The translations under genes were made by a program, and so were the position numbers. Shown here one piece after another: positions 1 through 10,917 of a stretch of 64,000 nucleotides of DNA (positions within the stretch are counted from its first letter, which is position 1; each line of letters starts with the position of its first letter). The stretch comes from an uncultured Chloroflexia bacterium (GTDB lineage Bacteria > Chloroflexota > Anaerolineae > CG2-30-64-16), in NCBI GenBank assembly GCA_963774265.1, contig CAVZDU010000010.1, positions 1-64,000 of the forward strand. Reading direction: 5' to 3'. The notes beneath the pieces are model-generated. The model did not search any database. It was not told the DNA's origin and saw only the letters and a list, made by a program, of their open reading frames with translations.

Positions 1-880
1 AGTCCGGGAAGATATCCCGGATACCCACGCAGCGCATGGGGACAGGGTATGTTTCTGCGACCACACCGCGCAATGTTGCTGCCCACGCCGCCGTGGATCG
101 CCTGTTCCTCGGCCGGTGACGATCGCGCCGGTCTCCCGCGCCGCGGCCGCAATGGCGTCTCGGTCCAGCGGTTTGACGGTGTGCATGTCCAGCACGCGCG
201 CTGTGATCCCGTCGGATGCCAGGAGTGCGGCCGCGTCCAACGCCACCGGCACCATCAGGCCGCAGGCGATGATCGTGACATCCCGGCCCATCGCGCAACC
301 GGTTGGCAACGCCGATTTCGAAGGGACACGCGTCTTCTCCGTAGACATGGGGCAGTGGCTCTCGGCTTGAGCGGACATAAACCGGGCCCGGGCGTTCCAC
401 CGCCGCCCCGATCGCCGCGATCATGGAGGCCGGGTCGCACGGCACCACAACGGTGAAGGAGGCGAGAGCAGACGCCAGGACGATATCTTCCGTGCCCATG
501 CTGGACGGACCTTCTGGCCCGGTGCTGATGCCGGCGTGGCTGCCCAGAAACTTCACGTTAAGGCCTGCCAGCGCCACCGCCAGGCGAATCTGATCGTAGG
601 CATTGTAGAACAAGAACGATGACAGGCTGGTGAGGAACGGCACGTAGCCGCAAGAGGCCAGGCCTGCGCCGATGCCCACCATGTTTGCCTCGGCGATGCC
701 GACGTTGAAGAACCGCTCGGGGAACGCTTTTTTGACATCATGGGCGCCGGTGGAGTTGCCCAGGTCACCATCGAACACGACCACCTTTGGGTTTCGCCGG
801 GCCGCCTCCAGCAGGCCCAGTCCGGCGTACTTGCGCAGTTGCTCGGCGGGCGCCAGCCCGGCGCGCTGCCCTAGTTGCAT
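1..880 (-). CDS. Transketolase C-terminal (pyrimidine-binding/C-terminal) subunit, truncated by the window edge, with an apparent frameshift near 285
   Basis: Manual translation from ATG 880 (GGAGG RBS): [20 protein letters not shown]...DGDLGNST...[23 protein letters not shown]...YDQIR...[18 protein letters not shown]. After a frame change it reads [11 protein letters not shown]...[11 protein letters not shown]. Confidence 0.85.
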   Translation of the reverse strand, partial: MQLGQRAGLAPAEQLRKYAGLGLLEAARRNPKVVVFDGDLGNSTGAHDVKKAFPERFFNVGIAEANMVGIGAGLASCGYVPFLTSLSSFLFYNAYDQIRLAVALAGLNVKFLGSHAGISTGPEGPSSMGTEDIVLASALASFTVVVPCDPASMIAAIGAAVERPGPVYVRSSREPLPHVYGEDACPFEIGVANRLRDGPGCHDHRLRPDGAGGVGRGRTPGIRRDHSARAGHAHRQTAGPRRHCGRGAGDRRDRHRPRNRRSTAAWAATLRGVVAETYPVPMRCVGIRDIFPD

Positions 881-1698
881 CGGATTTCCTCCCGTGCCCG
901 AGCATCCTGTTCAGGCGACAGACGAGCGGCCATGGAATGAGTAGTCTGACTCGATGAACGACACGCCTTTGCCCTTGACGGTGTGCGCAATGAGACATTG
1001 CGGCCGACCCTGCACCTGTTTGAGGGTTTCGATCGCAGCGATGATCGCGCCGATGTCATGCCCGTCCGCCTCGGCCACCTCCCAGCCAAACGCCCGCCAC
1101 TTCTCAGCGAACGGAGCCAGCGACATTTCACGTGCGATGGGCCCCGTCTGCTGGTACTTGTTGTGGTCGACGATGGCGGTCAGGTTGTCCGCCCTCCAAT
1201 GCGCGGCAGCCATTGCAGCCTCCCAGATCTGTCCCTCCTCGCATTCGCCGTCACCCAGCAGGGCGAAAACGCGAAGTGCGAGGCCGCGAAAGCCGGCCCG
1301 CCAGAACACAGCCCAGCCCAAAGGAGAGGCCCTGGCCCAACGAACCGCTTGTCATCTCTACTCCGGGAAGGGCGCCGGCGATGGGGTGACCGTGCAGGCC
1401 GGTGCCCGGCTTGCGGAAACCAGCCAGGGTTTCCATCGGTATGTACCCTGCGCGAGCCAACACAGGGTAGAAAGCAGGGGCCGCGTGGCCTTTGCTCAGG
1501 ATGAATCGATCGCGAGCAGGCCAGTCAGGTTGGTCCGGCGCGATAACGCATCACCCCACCGAAATAGAGGGCCGTCATGATTTCCACCGCGGAGAAGGAG
1601 CTGGAGACGTGGCCGCCCGGTCCCGCTGTAAGGTCGAGCACGTCCAGCCGCACGTCGCGGGCGATGCCCTTGAGGGCTTCAAGATCTCTCATGCTCAT
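871..1698 (-). CDS. Transketolase N-terminal (TPP-binding) subunit, with several apparent frameshifts
   Basis: Fragments in different frames: GGHVSSSFSAVEI, RDRFILSKGHAAP, GHP...PGVEMTSGSLGQGLSFG, the TPP motif GDGECEEGQIWEAAM...VDHN, and AHTVKGKG. Confidence 0.85.
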
Positions 1699-1749
1699 CC
1701 TTTCGTGCCCTGTCGTCGCCAAATCCATATTGCAAACGGCTGGGCCGCC

Positions 1750-3171
1750 TCAACTGTGCCGGTACACTTCCCATCCGAGATACGTCTCAAATGCCTCCTG
1801 CAGGATATCCGCAGAAAGGGATGCATTCATCGCCGCATGGTGTTCGTAGCCCCGCTTGCAGATGTAGCGCAGCAGCTTCTGCAGCCCCGGGATCTCCACC
1901 ACCGCCCGGCTGCCGAAGGTGTCCAACGGGTCGTCGGTGATGCGCCCTTCACCCATGTAGGTCTTGATGATGCCGCGGCGGTCGTCGGTGGTGACGCGCG
2001 CGTAGGTGAGCGGATCGGCCTTGGCCCTGGCCGAAACGGTGCCGTAGGTGTTCCCCTGGCCCAGCACGGTCGCGAGGATCTCGCCATAGCGCATCTGGAC
2101 CTGGCCCTCCCCCTGGTCGAAGAAGCTCCTGGCCCAGTTGCCGCAATGGAAGAGGACGCACTTGTCCGGCTCATCCGCGTAGTTGTTGTTCCAATCCACC
2201 AGCGCGCTGGGCTTACCCGAAGCCAGTTGCAGGGCATACATCGACACCACGCCGGTGATATCGACTTCACAGCCCGAGGGCATCAGGCTGTCAGAGTACA
2301 TGCTCATGAGCGTGCAGGCATTGATGCCGTAGTTGCGCTGGATGCTTGTCCAGCACTGCAGCGCCGTCGCATCCAGGTCGTTCTCCGCAATCCAGTCATC
2401 GAGCACCACGCCAAGTTTGGCCATCTTGACCAGCGGCTCGGACGGCACGTCGTCGGTTGTGATGTAGGCCTGGATTCCTTCGAGTCGCACCTTGACCTTG
2501 GGATCGTCCCCCGCCAACCGGCTGGCCGAACCGAAGATTTCTGACAGGTCGATCGTGGTGACGGTGATGCCAGAGGCCTGGAGAAGCTTCTCCGAGAACC
2601 GGACTGTGTTGAAGATAGCCGGCCGAGCGCCGACTGCGCCCAGCCGCGCCCTCCTTAACCCGCGCACCACGCGGCATACGCCAGTGAACTTCTCCAAATC
2701 CGCCTGGAAGCCGGGATCGCTGGGGTGAACCGTGTGGCGCTCGGTCACGCTGAAGGGGATGCCATATTGGTACAGGTTGTTGGTAAGGCTGATCTTCCCA
2801 CAAAACGCGTCTCCGCGGTGCTCCACCTGCAGCTTGGTGGGATCATCCGGGTACGCCTGAACCAGCACCGGCACGCTCAGCTCGGCCAGCTTGAGGGTGT
2901 CGGCGATGGCGCGCTCGGGCGCGAAGACGGGCAAGAGGATCAACACCCCGTCGATGCGGTCGCGCTGGCTGCGGAAGTGGGCCGCCCACTTCTTAGCGTC
3001 CTCCCAGCTTTCCACCGCGCCCATGTTGGTCGCGGTTTCGGCGGGGATGACGATCTCGACGCCCAGTTGGGTCAGCATCGCGATGACTTCGCGGCGAGCC
3101 TGAAGCACCGGCTCAGCGGGAAAGAAGTCACGCGTTCCAACGATCATGGCAAGGCTAACCGGTCTTTTCAT
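1750..3171 (-). CDS. L-fucose/L-arabinose isomerase family protein
   Basis: 473 aa with the family motifs RGDAFCGKIS, QCWTSIQ, CEVD, FHCG and EHH. Confidence 0.85.
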   Translation of the reverse strand: MKRPVSLAMIVGTRDFFPAEPVLQARREVIAMLTQLGVEIVIPAETATNMGAVESWEDAKKWAAHFRSQRDRIDGVLILLPVFAPERAIADTLKLAELSVPVLVQAYPDDPTKLQVEHRGDAFCGKISLTNNLYQYGIPFSVTERHTVHPSDPGFQADLEKFTGVCRVVRGLRRARLGAVGARPAIFNTVRFSEKLLQASGITVTTIDLSEIFGSASRLAGDDPKVKVRLEGIQAYITTDDVPSEPLVKMAKLGVVLDDWIAENDLDATALQCWTSIQRNYGINACTLMSMYSDSLMPSGCEVDITGVVSMYALQLASGKPSALVDWNNNYADEPDKCVLFHCGNWARSFFDQGEGQVQMRYGEILATVLGQGNTYGTVSARAKADPLTYARVTTDDRRGIIKTYMGEGRITDDPLDTFGSRAVVEIPGLQKLLRYICKRGYEHHAAMNASLSADILQEAFETYLGWEVYRHS

Positions 3172-3188
3172 GAGTCAACACTCCTGCG

Positions 3189-4106
3189 TTACCAGGGATT
3201 CTCTTCCATGCAGCGTTCAATGGTGGCCCAATCGGGAATGCCGCGTCGGCCGCCCGGTTGGGTGGCTTTCAGTCCGGCCGCTACCGTTGCGATTTCGATG
3301 GCGCTGGGGATATCGCAGCCGCGCAGCAGTGCGGCCGCATACGCGCCGTGGAAAACGTCGCCACAGCCAGTCGTGTCGACCACCGGCACCCGGCAAGCTG
3401 GCTGATGGCGCACTTCGCCGTCGTCTTGCAGGATGTACCAGCAGCCCTCGGCCCCGGCAGTAACGACGCAGGCAGCCTGGCCTGGGCGAGCCAGGCGCCC
3501 TACCATCTTAGCCGGGTGGGCCGCGCCAACCACCAGCTCGGCGAAGCGCGTGCCGACGATCAGGTGATCGACGTGCGCCATCAATTCAGAAAAGCCCTCG
3601 TTGATCCGCTCCAGATCGGCCAAAACCGGCACGCCGAGGTCGTTGGCCACCTTCGCCGCTCGCAACGCAGGCAAGACGACTGTACTGTCCACGAAGAGCA
3701 TTCGAGCTTCGCCGATCAGCGCAGGGTTCAGGTCGTCGGACTTGGGCGCCGTGACGCCCGCTCGCGAGACGAGGATGGTCCGTCCGCCTGTGTGTTGGTT
3801 GACCAGAATGGTGCAGTGATAGGGCCGTGCATCAGTCGAAAGCCGCACCAGACTGCAGTCCACCCCCTCGGCATCCAGCTCGGCAATGGTATATCGAGAC
3901 AGTTGGTCATCGCCCAGCACCCCCATGTAGGCCGCGCGTACGCCAAGCCGTGCCGCGGCGACCAGCGCCGTGCCGGCCAGCCCGCCCCCCTGTCTCGTTT
4001 CCTCTTGGATGTGCATCTTGGCTTCGGGCGTCGGGAAGCCGTCCAGGTAGAGCAGATCGTCCACGGCCACCGCGCCGATTCCCAGCAGATCCCAGCGCAC
4101 CGTCAT
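3189..4106 (-). CDS. PfkB/ribokinase-family carbohydrate kinase
   Basis: GGG..GTALVAAARLG, G.LGDD and VDTTGCGDVFHG signatures. Confidence 0.9.
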   Translation of the reverse strand: MTVRWDLLGIGAVAVDDLLYLDGFPTPEAKMHIQEETRQGGGLAGTALVAAARLGVRAAYMGVLGDDQLSRYTIAELDAEGVDCSLVRLSTDARPYHCTILVNQHTGGRTILVSRAGVTAPKSDDLNPALIGEARMLFVDSTVVLPALRAAKVANDLGVPVLADLERINEGFSELMAHVDHLIVGTRFAELVVGAAHPAKMVGRLARPGQAACVVTAGAEGCWYILQDDGEVRHQPACRVPVVDTTGCGDVFHGAYAAALLRGCDIPSAIEIATVAAGLKATQPGGRRGIPDWATIERCMEENPW

Positions 4107-4113
4107 GCTGGCC

Positions 4114-4935
4114 TCACGCCTCGTCAGGCAGCGACAGCCCCTGGGCTGCCAGGGCCTGTCGCGCGTCGAGTCCGTCGTGGATGACGGACTTGAATGCCTT
4201 CACTGCAGGCGTGACGGCGTCGAATCCCCAGATGTTGCGGCCAATGGTGCCGCCACGTGCGCCGCTGGCGACGACCTCCGACATCATCTGGAGCGCGGCC
4301 AACAGGCTCGACGCTTTTGGCCCGCCTGCCGCCACCACGGGCACCGGGCAATCGGACACAATCTGGCTGTAACTGGAAACGGTCCCACAGTAGGGCACCT
4401 TGACCACGTCGGCCCCGGCCTCCACAGCACAGTGGACCGCCCAGGCGATGTCCTCAGGCTCGAACGAGACCGCCGGCCGGTCACCCCGGAAGGTGCGCGG
4501 GTAGATGTGACAGATGACCGGCATTTCGTACCGGGCCGCGGCGGTCACGGCGTCGCTCAGTCCCCGGAGATGCATGGCTTCGGTGGCGCCGCTGACAAAA
4601 AGGGCATAGGCGTAGGCATCGGCGCCCAGCCGCACAGCATCCTCAGGTGTGGCGAATTGTTCCCACGCTGTATCATCCACCCGAGCGAGGGTGCCCTGCA
4701 GGATGAACGGGATCGTCCCGGCATACGGCGCCCAGGCCAATGCCGCAATGCCTTTGTGCATGGTGACCGCGTCCGGCCGGCCCGCCACAACGGCTTCCAG
4801 TGTGGCGGTCATGTGGCGGAGCCCGGATGGCAGTCCCTCCCCGTAGCCGATGAAGTGATCGACTGCGACAGAGCAGAAACGGCGCAACGGATGGGCGAAA
4901 AGACGGTTAAGGCGGACAAGCTTTCCTACATTCAT
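4114..4935 (-). CDS. Class I aldolase, DhnA/LsrF/FbaB family
   Basis: AVDH motif, Schiff-base lysine in GADVVKVPY, PVVAAGG and GRNIW. Confidence 0.9.
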   Translation of the reverse strand: MNVGKLVRLNRLFAHPLRRFCSVAVDHFIGYGEGLPSGLRHMTATLEAVVAGRPDAVTMHKGIAALAWAPYAGTIPFILQGTLARVDDTAWEQFATPEDAVRLGADAYAYALFVSGATEAMHLRGLSDAVTAAARYEMPVICHIYPRTFRGDRPAVSFEPEDIAWAVHCAVEAGADVVKVPYCGTVSSYSQIVSDCPVPVVAAGGPKASSLLAALQMMSEVVASGARGGTIGRNIWGFDAVTPAVKAFKSVIHDGLDARQALAAQGLSLPDEA

Positions 4936-4946
4936 TATGGGATCCT

Positions 4947-6104
4947 TTATGTATTACTGGGGTCGAGTTCAGCGGTCGGCGGCATCCCACCAGCCAGCGC
5001 AAACACCGCGAAGGCCAGGAGGAGGGAGATCGGGAGCAAGGTCAAGGCGACGCTTAACGAGGCGGCGCTGGTCAACGCAGAGAGAAGCAACGGGAGCAGA
5101 ATACCCCCGACGGGCAGGGCGATCTTGACCGCGCCGAGAACTGTGCCCGTCATATCGCGAAACTGCAAGCCGGCATAGGTCAGGATGAGCGGGAACTGGG
5201 CCGACAGCGACAGGCCCGCAAGGAAACCCAGGGGCAGGGTGAGTTGGCCCAGGGGAACCAGCAAGAGGAGCGCGAAAGTGACCGCCGATAGGCCCAGGAG
5301 CGTTAGGAGCATGCGGCGGAGCCGCTCGGGCCGGGCCAGGTAGCCGACCAGGAGACGTCCGCTGGCCACACCTGCCAGGAACACCACCAGCCCGAGTTTC
5401 GCGGGCAAGGCTGCGTAGCCGCGCAATTCGGCCAGGAAGGTGCTCAGGATGCCGATGGTGGACAGCTCAACGCCAATCACCAGTACGGCAGTGAGGAACA
5501 AGACGGCGATGAACCGGCTCCTCGCGATCACATGCAGCTTCTCACCCAGGGTGGCCTGGCTTGAGCGTCCGGCTGGCAGTCTGATCAGTGCAAAGATGAC
5601 GGCCAGCACGGCCACCGCAATCCCAGCTTGCACCACTGCCTCGCGCCAGCGCAAATCCAGGAAGATCAGGTAGAGTGCGATCAGGCCGGAGCCGAGCGTG
5701 ACGAACAGGTGGTTGATATTGATGAAGAAACTGGCTCGTTTCTCGTGTAGATCGAACAGCAGGGCATCCGCAGCTCCTTCGTAGGCGCCGATCCCTCCTC
5801 CCATGACGACCATCACGACGAGGTTGAACCAGAATGCGGGGGCTGCATAGAACGCCAGGAAGGAGCCGGCAGTCAGCACACTGCCGTAGAAGAGGATGCG
5901 CGATTTCGGCTGCGTATCGCTCAGCGCACCGGCGACAACGACGGCAAAGGCCACCCCGATGTTCTGGAGAGTCAGCAGAAGTCCGATCTGGGTCGCCGTG
6001 AGCCCGATGTCGCGAGCCGCCGCGCCCACCAGGGAAGTGCCGACTCCCAGGAACAGCATGGAGAGAAAGGATGCGCCGGTAATGGCGCGAGGGCTGCGGA
6101 TCAA
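4947..6104 (-). CDS. MFS transporter
   Basis: About 12 hydrophobic segments and GALSDTQPKSR (motif A-like). Start taken at TTG 6104 after GGAGG. Confidence 0.85.
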   Translation of the reverse strand: MIRSPRAITGASFLSMLFLGVGTSLVGAAARDIGLTATQIGLLLTLQNIGVAFAVVVAGALSDTQPKSRILFYGSVLTAGSFLAFYAAPAFWFNLVVMVVMGGGIGAYEGAADALLFDLHEKRASFFININHLFVTLGSGLIALYLIFLDLRWREAVVQAGIAVAVLAVIFALIRLPAGRSSQATLGEKLHVIARSRFIAVLFLTAVLVIGVELSTIGILSTFLAELRGYAALPAKLGLVVFLAGVASGRLLVGYLARPERLRRMLLTLLGLSAVTFALLLLVPLGQLTLPLGFLAGLSLSAQFPLILTYAGLQFRDMTGTVLGAVKIALPVGGILLPLLLSALTSAASLSVALTLLPISLLLAFAVFALAGGMPPTAELDPSNT

Positions 6105-6191
6105 GCTATCCTCCCGTGCCCTGCCTCGCAGCAAGCGGAGCAGGGCACGATGCAGGTGATTGTAACGGGGACGCTTAGGTGCGGCACGACA

Positions 6192-7205
6192 TCAGGCCTG
6201 GGTTCGCAGGAATTCCTCCACCTCAATTGCTGTGGGCAGGATCGGGATTACCCCCCGCCGGGTGGCCGTGAGCGCCCCTACGCCATTGGCATAGCGCAGG
6301 ATTTCGGGAAGGAGGTTGGTGGCTATCCCTCTGGCCGTACCCGCCGGACTACCGAGGTCGGGACGATCCCGGACGAGTTGCCACAGCAACCCGGCGATGA
6401 ATGCGTCACCGCACCCCGTTGCATCTACCGTCCGTACGCTGAAGCCCGGCACAAAGCCGCTCCCCGCGTCTGTCTGGTAGAGCGCGCCACTGGGACCGAG
6501 AGTCACGATGATGAGTATCGGTCCCTTGGCCAGGAGCGAACGGCTTGCCTCAGACACGCGGTCTTCCCAGCCTGGCGCATCGAGCGCTAGTTCCTGACCA
6601 GTGAGCAGCGCCAGCTCGCCCTCGTTCACCTTGAGCACGTGGGCCAAGGGGATCGTGCTTGCGACGCAGGCCATCGCTTCGTCCGGGTTCTGCCACAGGG
6701 TGGGACGGTAGTTGACATCGAAGGATACCAGCGCGCCTGCCTCGCGTGCGACGCGTGCGGCTTCGAGCGCTGCGCTGCGGCTTGGTTCGTCTGTGAGGCT
6801 GAGTGAGGCAAAGTGGAACGCGCGTGACGAGCGGAGCAGTTCGATGTCCAACTCATCCGGCCGCAACAGCGTGTCCGCTCCAGGGTTGCGATAGAACAGG
6901 CAATCGTAGTGGTTGGCATCGGGTTGCGCCATGACGTTCATCGTTGTGCGGGCCATAGGATCGACTCGCATGCCGCGCGTCTCGACGCCTTCGCGCGCCA
7001 TGACCTCGACCAGCCAGTGTCCAAAGGGGTCGTCGCCCACCTTGCCGATGAACGCAGCATCTGCCCCCAGGCGGTGAGCCGCAACCGCCACGTTCGCCGG
7101 GCCGCCGCCGGGCGCCGGGTGGAAAGCGGACACCTCCGAATGCTTTTTCCCCAGCTCAGCCGGGAACATGTCGACGATCAACTCACCCAGGCTGACGATG
7201 TGCAT
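6192..7205 (-). CDS. PfkB-family kinase (fructokinase-like)
   Basis: GGGPANVAVA, GKVGDDPFG, FDVNYRPTLW and VDATGCGDAF. Confidence 0.9.
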   Translation of the reverse strand: MHIVSLGELIVDMFPAELGKKHSEVSAFHPAPGGGPANVAVAAHRLGADAAFIGKVGDDPFGHWLVEVMAREGVETRGMRVDPMARTTMNVMAQPDANHYDCLFYRNPGADTLLRPDELDIELLRSSRAFHFASLSLTDEPSRSAALEAARVAREAGALVSFDVNYRPTLWQNPDEAMACVASTIPLAHVLKVNEGELALLTGQELALDAPGWEDRVSEASRSLLAKGPILIIVTLGPSGALYQTDAGSGFVPGFSVRTVDATGCGDAFIAGLLWQLVRDRPDLGSPAGTARGIATNLLPEILRYANGVGALTATRRGVIPILPTAIEVEEFLRTQA

Positions 7206-7218
7206 TGCCAGGCTCCCC

Positions 7219-8499
7219 TTATTTTCGATGATGCAGCTTCGGTGCCGCGATCCAGCTGAGTCCTGCTTCGGTCAGGGCACGGGCCGTGCGATTGGCGGCG
7301 TCGTGCTTGTCGAGGTAGTTCTGCAACAGGACTGCCATTTCGTCGGCTGCCTCAATCTCTTCCTTGTTGCGGAAATAGTCGAGGATGTCCGAGGGTCGAG
7401 CACGCGTCGCTTCGACATCCGGGTCTCCACCCTCGTGTTTGGCCGAGATGTTGGCCACATGATCCGCCAGTTGCACTAGTTCATCCCGCCGAATGTACGG
7501 CTGGATGATGATGTGCCGGTACGCCTCAGTGATGTGATGTTCGAAACGCACCACTTGCTCGAAGCCCAGCAACTTGCGGAACTGCGCGGTAATCTCGATG
7601 CTTGCGTTGTTGACTGAGTTGCCCCAGTTGAAACCGATCAGCGGCGAAGTGCCGTCATCGCGAGAGAACAGTTTCGCACCGAGGAGGGTCCACAGGGCCG
7701 CAAATGGGTTGTCATTGCCGACGAACACGCTGATTTTGAACTCATTCTGGATGCCGAGCTTGTACAGCAGGTAGCCCGCAAGGATGGTGCCGGGGTTTAT
7801 GTTGAGCACCTGTTGCGTGCCGTAGGTCGTGTAGTAATAGAGGAACTCGTCCACCCACATGAGCACATGGTCGTTCGGTTGGCCAATCCCGCCGAAATAC
7901 CCTGTGATCGTGTCGGGCCCGCCCAGGTGGATGTTGGAGCCGTCCGTGCCTTTGGTGTCGAGCGTCTCAACGTAGGTCGCGCCCATGATCTGCATGCCGG
8001 CTGCGAGCGCCAACATGTCGCCGCAGTCGGCTTCCGATTCCCGCATTTTGCGCACCCGTATGTACCGGCTCGGCATCAGCTCTCGCCGCGCGATGGAGCG
8101 CCGCGCTTCCTCGATGATCCACGGGAAATACTGGGCCGCGCTGACTTCCAGTGTGACCGCAAACTCGTCTTTGAAGGCCATCGTGTCGGCCTTGTCGCCG
8201 AGCACCTGGCGGCGGTAATCCGCCTCGCTGATGAATCGGCCCTCGTCTCGCTGTTTCTGCAGCCAGATCAGTTCATCAAGGTAAGAACAATCGTGCTCGG
8301 CTATGCGCGTCATGAGATTATCGAAGTCACGAGCTTTCGCAGCTTTCGCGTTGATCTCCTCCGGCGTGCCGTATTTTGCGATCACGTCGAGCAAATCATT
8401 GACCACCTGCAGATTCGGGTCCAGCAGCAGGGCGTTGATGTCATCCAGCCGCGCTTGAGGGATACGCAACCTCGCGCGCAGCTCGTCTTTGTTCGCCAT
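7219..8499 (-). CDS. Conserved-looking hypothetical protein (426 aa), possibly an enzyme
   Basis: Long ORF with a GAGGTG RBS, embedded in the operon, with strong coding bias. Gly/His/Glu-rich motifs (GTDGSNIHLGG, GYFGGIGQPN, FEHH, KHEGG). No family recognised. Confidence 0.75.
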   Translation of the reverse strand: MANKDELRARLRIPQARLDDINALLLDPNLQVVNDLLDVIAKYGTPEEINAKAAKARDFDNLMTRIAEHDCSYLDELIWLQKQRDEGRFISEADYRRQVLGDKADTMAFKDEFAVTLEVSAAQYFPWIIEEARRSIARRELMPSRYIRVRKMRESEADCGDMLALAAGMQIMGATYVETLDTKGTDGSNIHLGGPDTITGYFGGIGQPNDHVLMWVDEFLYYYTTYGTQQVLNINPGTILAGYLLYKLGIQNEFKISVFVGNDNPFAALWTLLGAKLFSRDDGTSPLIGFNWGNSVNNASIEITAQFRKLLGFEQVVRFEHHITEAYRHIIIQPYIRRDELVQLADHVANISAKHEGGDPDVEATRARPSDILDYFRNKEEIEAADEMAVLLQNYLDKHDAANRTARALTEAGLSWIAAPKLHHRK

Positions 8500-8520
8500 C
8501 TCTCACCTCATCGAGATTAT

Positions 8521-9391
8521 CTAGAATTCGCTGTCTTCGCCGATGAGCCGTTTGAGTTCGGCAAGTTCATCTTCTTTGATGCCAAAGTACCGCTCGGGCT
8601 CGGGGAAGACCCTGTTTTTTACCTCGTCTACGTAGGCCTTGAGCCCATCACCGATGACCTTGCCCGCGTCACCGTACTGCTTCGCCATCTTCGGCGTGAA
8701 GCGGGGATAGAGGCCGAACATGTCATGGAAGATCAGGAGTTGGCCGTGGGCGTTCGGTCCGCTGCCCAGGGAGATGATCGGCACCTTTGCTCGCTCGGTG
8801 ATGATCTGGCACACCTGGTTGGGAACCAGTTCGAGCAGGATCGCCATCGCGCCGGCTTCTTCCAGGGCCTTCGCATCGTCCACGATCTTCTTGGCCTGCT
8901 TGCCGCTCTTGCCTTGCAGCCGGAAGCCGCCCAGGGACGACACGCTCTGAGGGGTCAGGCCCAGGTGACCCATGACGGGGATGCCCGCCGCGACGATTGC
9001 GCTGCACGCGTGAGCACACTTCCTGGCCGCCTTCGAGTTTGATGCCGTCGCACGCGGCTTCGGCCATGAAGCGGCCTGCGTTGAGCACGGCGGATTCGTC
9101 AGACGCCTGGTAGCTCATGTAGGGCATGTCACCGATCAGCCATGCGTTGGCCGTGCCGCGCCGCACGGCCTGGGCGTGTCGGATCATGTCGTTCATGGTG
9201 ACGGGCAACGTCGAGTCGAAGCCGAGGATCGTCATGCCCAGGCTGTCGCCCACGAGTACGATATCGATTCCAGCCTGCTCGACAAGGTAGGCCATCGGGT
9301 AATCGTAGCAGGTGATCATGGTGAGTGGTATGCTCTTGGCCATCTTGTCGAAGAGCACGGGGAGGCTCACTTTCTTGCGCTGTTCGGCCAT
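8521..9391 (-). CDS. panB: 3-methyl-2-oxobutanoate hydroxymethyltransferase (PanB family), apparent frameshift near 8995
   Basis: TCYDY, LVGDSLGM, DMPYMSY and KLEGG in one frame, then MGHLGLTPQ, LELVP and GQLLIFHDMFG in a second frame. Confidence 0.85.
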
Positions 9392-9627
9392 TGGGGATTG
9401 ACTCCTTCGTCGTATTGGATTGACCGTCGGTGAAGATGAAGAGCGCGCACTGCCGCGAGGCGCGCCCCTCTGCCACAGTGTACACGCGGAAGCAACTTTG
9501 CCCAAACTGCGCCTGAAGCGCATCCTTCTGATTGAATCGGGTTGCGAAAATGTGTTTGGAAGAGTAGAATCGTAGCAGTGCATCTTGTAGTGGAATTCGC
9601 CGCTTCATTCATCCCGGAGGTCTTATC

Positions 9628-10910
9628 ATGCTCTCCGACACGCATCATCAGCGTATGGGAATTCTCGTCGGCGGCGGGCCCGCGCCCGGCATCAACGGCG
9701 TCATTCATTCGGCCACGATCGAGGCGATCAACAACGGTTTCGAGGTCATCGGCATCTACGACGGCTTCAAGCATCTGATGGAGGGTAAGCTCGTCGCGAC
9801 GCCGCTCACCATCAACACCGTCTCACGCATCCACCTTGATGGTGGCTCGATCCTGAGGACATCGCGTGCCAACCCCACCAAATCGCCAGAGAGTCTGAAA
9901 AAGTGCGCCTGTGCCCTGGCAGAGGCGGGCATCTCACTCCTGCTCGGCATCGGTGGCGATGACACGGCTTATTCGCTCTATCGCGTGACACAGCATGCGT
10001 GTGGCGACATGGGGCTGAGCGTACGCGCGGTCCACGTGCCCAAGACTATCGACAACGATCTGCCCTTGCCCGAAGGCATTCCCACGTTCGGCTTTGAGAC
10101 CGCTCGGGAGGTGGGCACTCAGCTCGTACGCACGTTCATGGAGGATGCGCTTACCAGTCAAACCTGGTTCATCGTGGTCACCATGGGACGCAAGGCAGGT
10201 CACCTGGCGTTGGGCATCGGCAAGAGCTCGGGCGCGACCCTCACAATCATCCCCGAGGAATGGCGGGGCGAGCCGATCCGCCTGCAGGAGGTGGTTGACA
10301 TCCTTGTGACCGCGATCCTGCGCAGGCTGGTCGATGGCAAGCGTCATGGCGTGGCGCTTGTCGCGGAGGGCATCTTGGAGTACCTGGCGCCCGAGGATAT
10401 GCGTTATCTTGAGGGCATCGACCAGGACCCGCATGGTCATGTCCCACTGCACGACATCAACTTCTCAGACATCCTCAAGCGGTGGGTGATAAAGGACTTG
10501 GCCGACCTGGGCGTAAAGGTACAGGTCCGCGATAAGGAGTTGGGCTACGAATTGCGCTGTGCACCGCCTATCGCGTACGACATCGACTACACGCGCTCCC
10601 TGGGTGAAGCCGCGGTCGACTTCTTGCTGGCCGGCGGCAACAACGCGACGATCAGCTTGCAGGGGAATCAGGTCGTGCCGATACCCTCGGAAACGATCAT
10701 GGACCCCCAGACCGGCCGCACTGGCGTGCGTATGGTCAACGTGGACTCGTTCAACTACCGCTCAGCGTACAAATTCATGATCCGCCTGAAGCCGCAACAC
10801 GCGCAGGACGGCACGCTTTTCACGCGGCTGGCGATGCAGACGAACCTGTCGTTGGAGCAGTTTCACCGCGGTATGGCTACCTGGCGGGGTTGGCGCCGCG
10901 ACCTTATTAG
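9628..10910 (+). CDS. pfp: Pyrophosphate-dependent 6-phosphofructokinase (PfkA family)
   Basis: GGGPAPGIN, GGSIL.TSR, GGDDT (Asp typical of PPi-dependent enzymes), PKTIDND, MGRKAG and GYELR. A 1-nt shift near 10868 restores the end RYGYLAGLAPRPY-TAG at 10910. Confidence 0.85.
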
Positions 10911-10917
10911 GGGGGGC

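Noticed and set aside
1492-9042. Long plus-strand ORFs (e.g. 1492-2544, 4105-5178, 7813-9042) and similar antisense ORFs elsewhere
   Set aside because: They are shadow ORFs opposite well-supported genes in high-GC DNA and carry no recognisable motifs.
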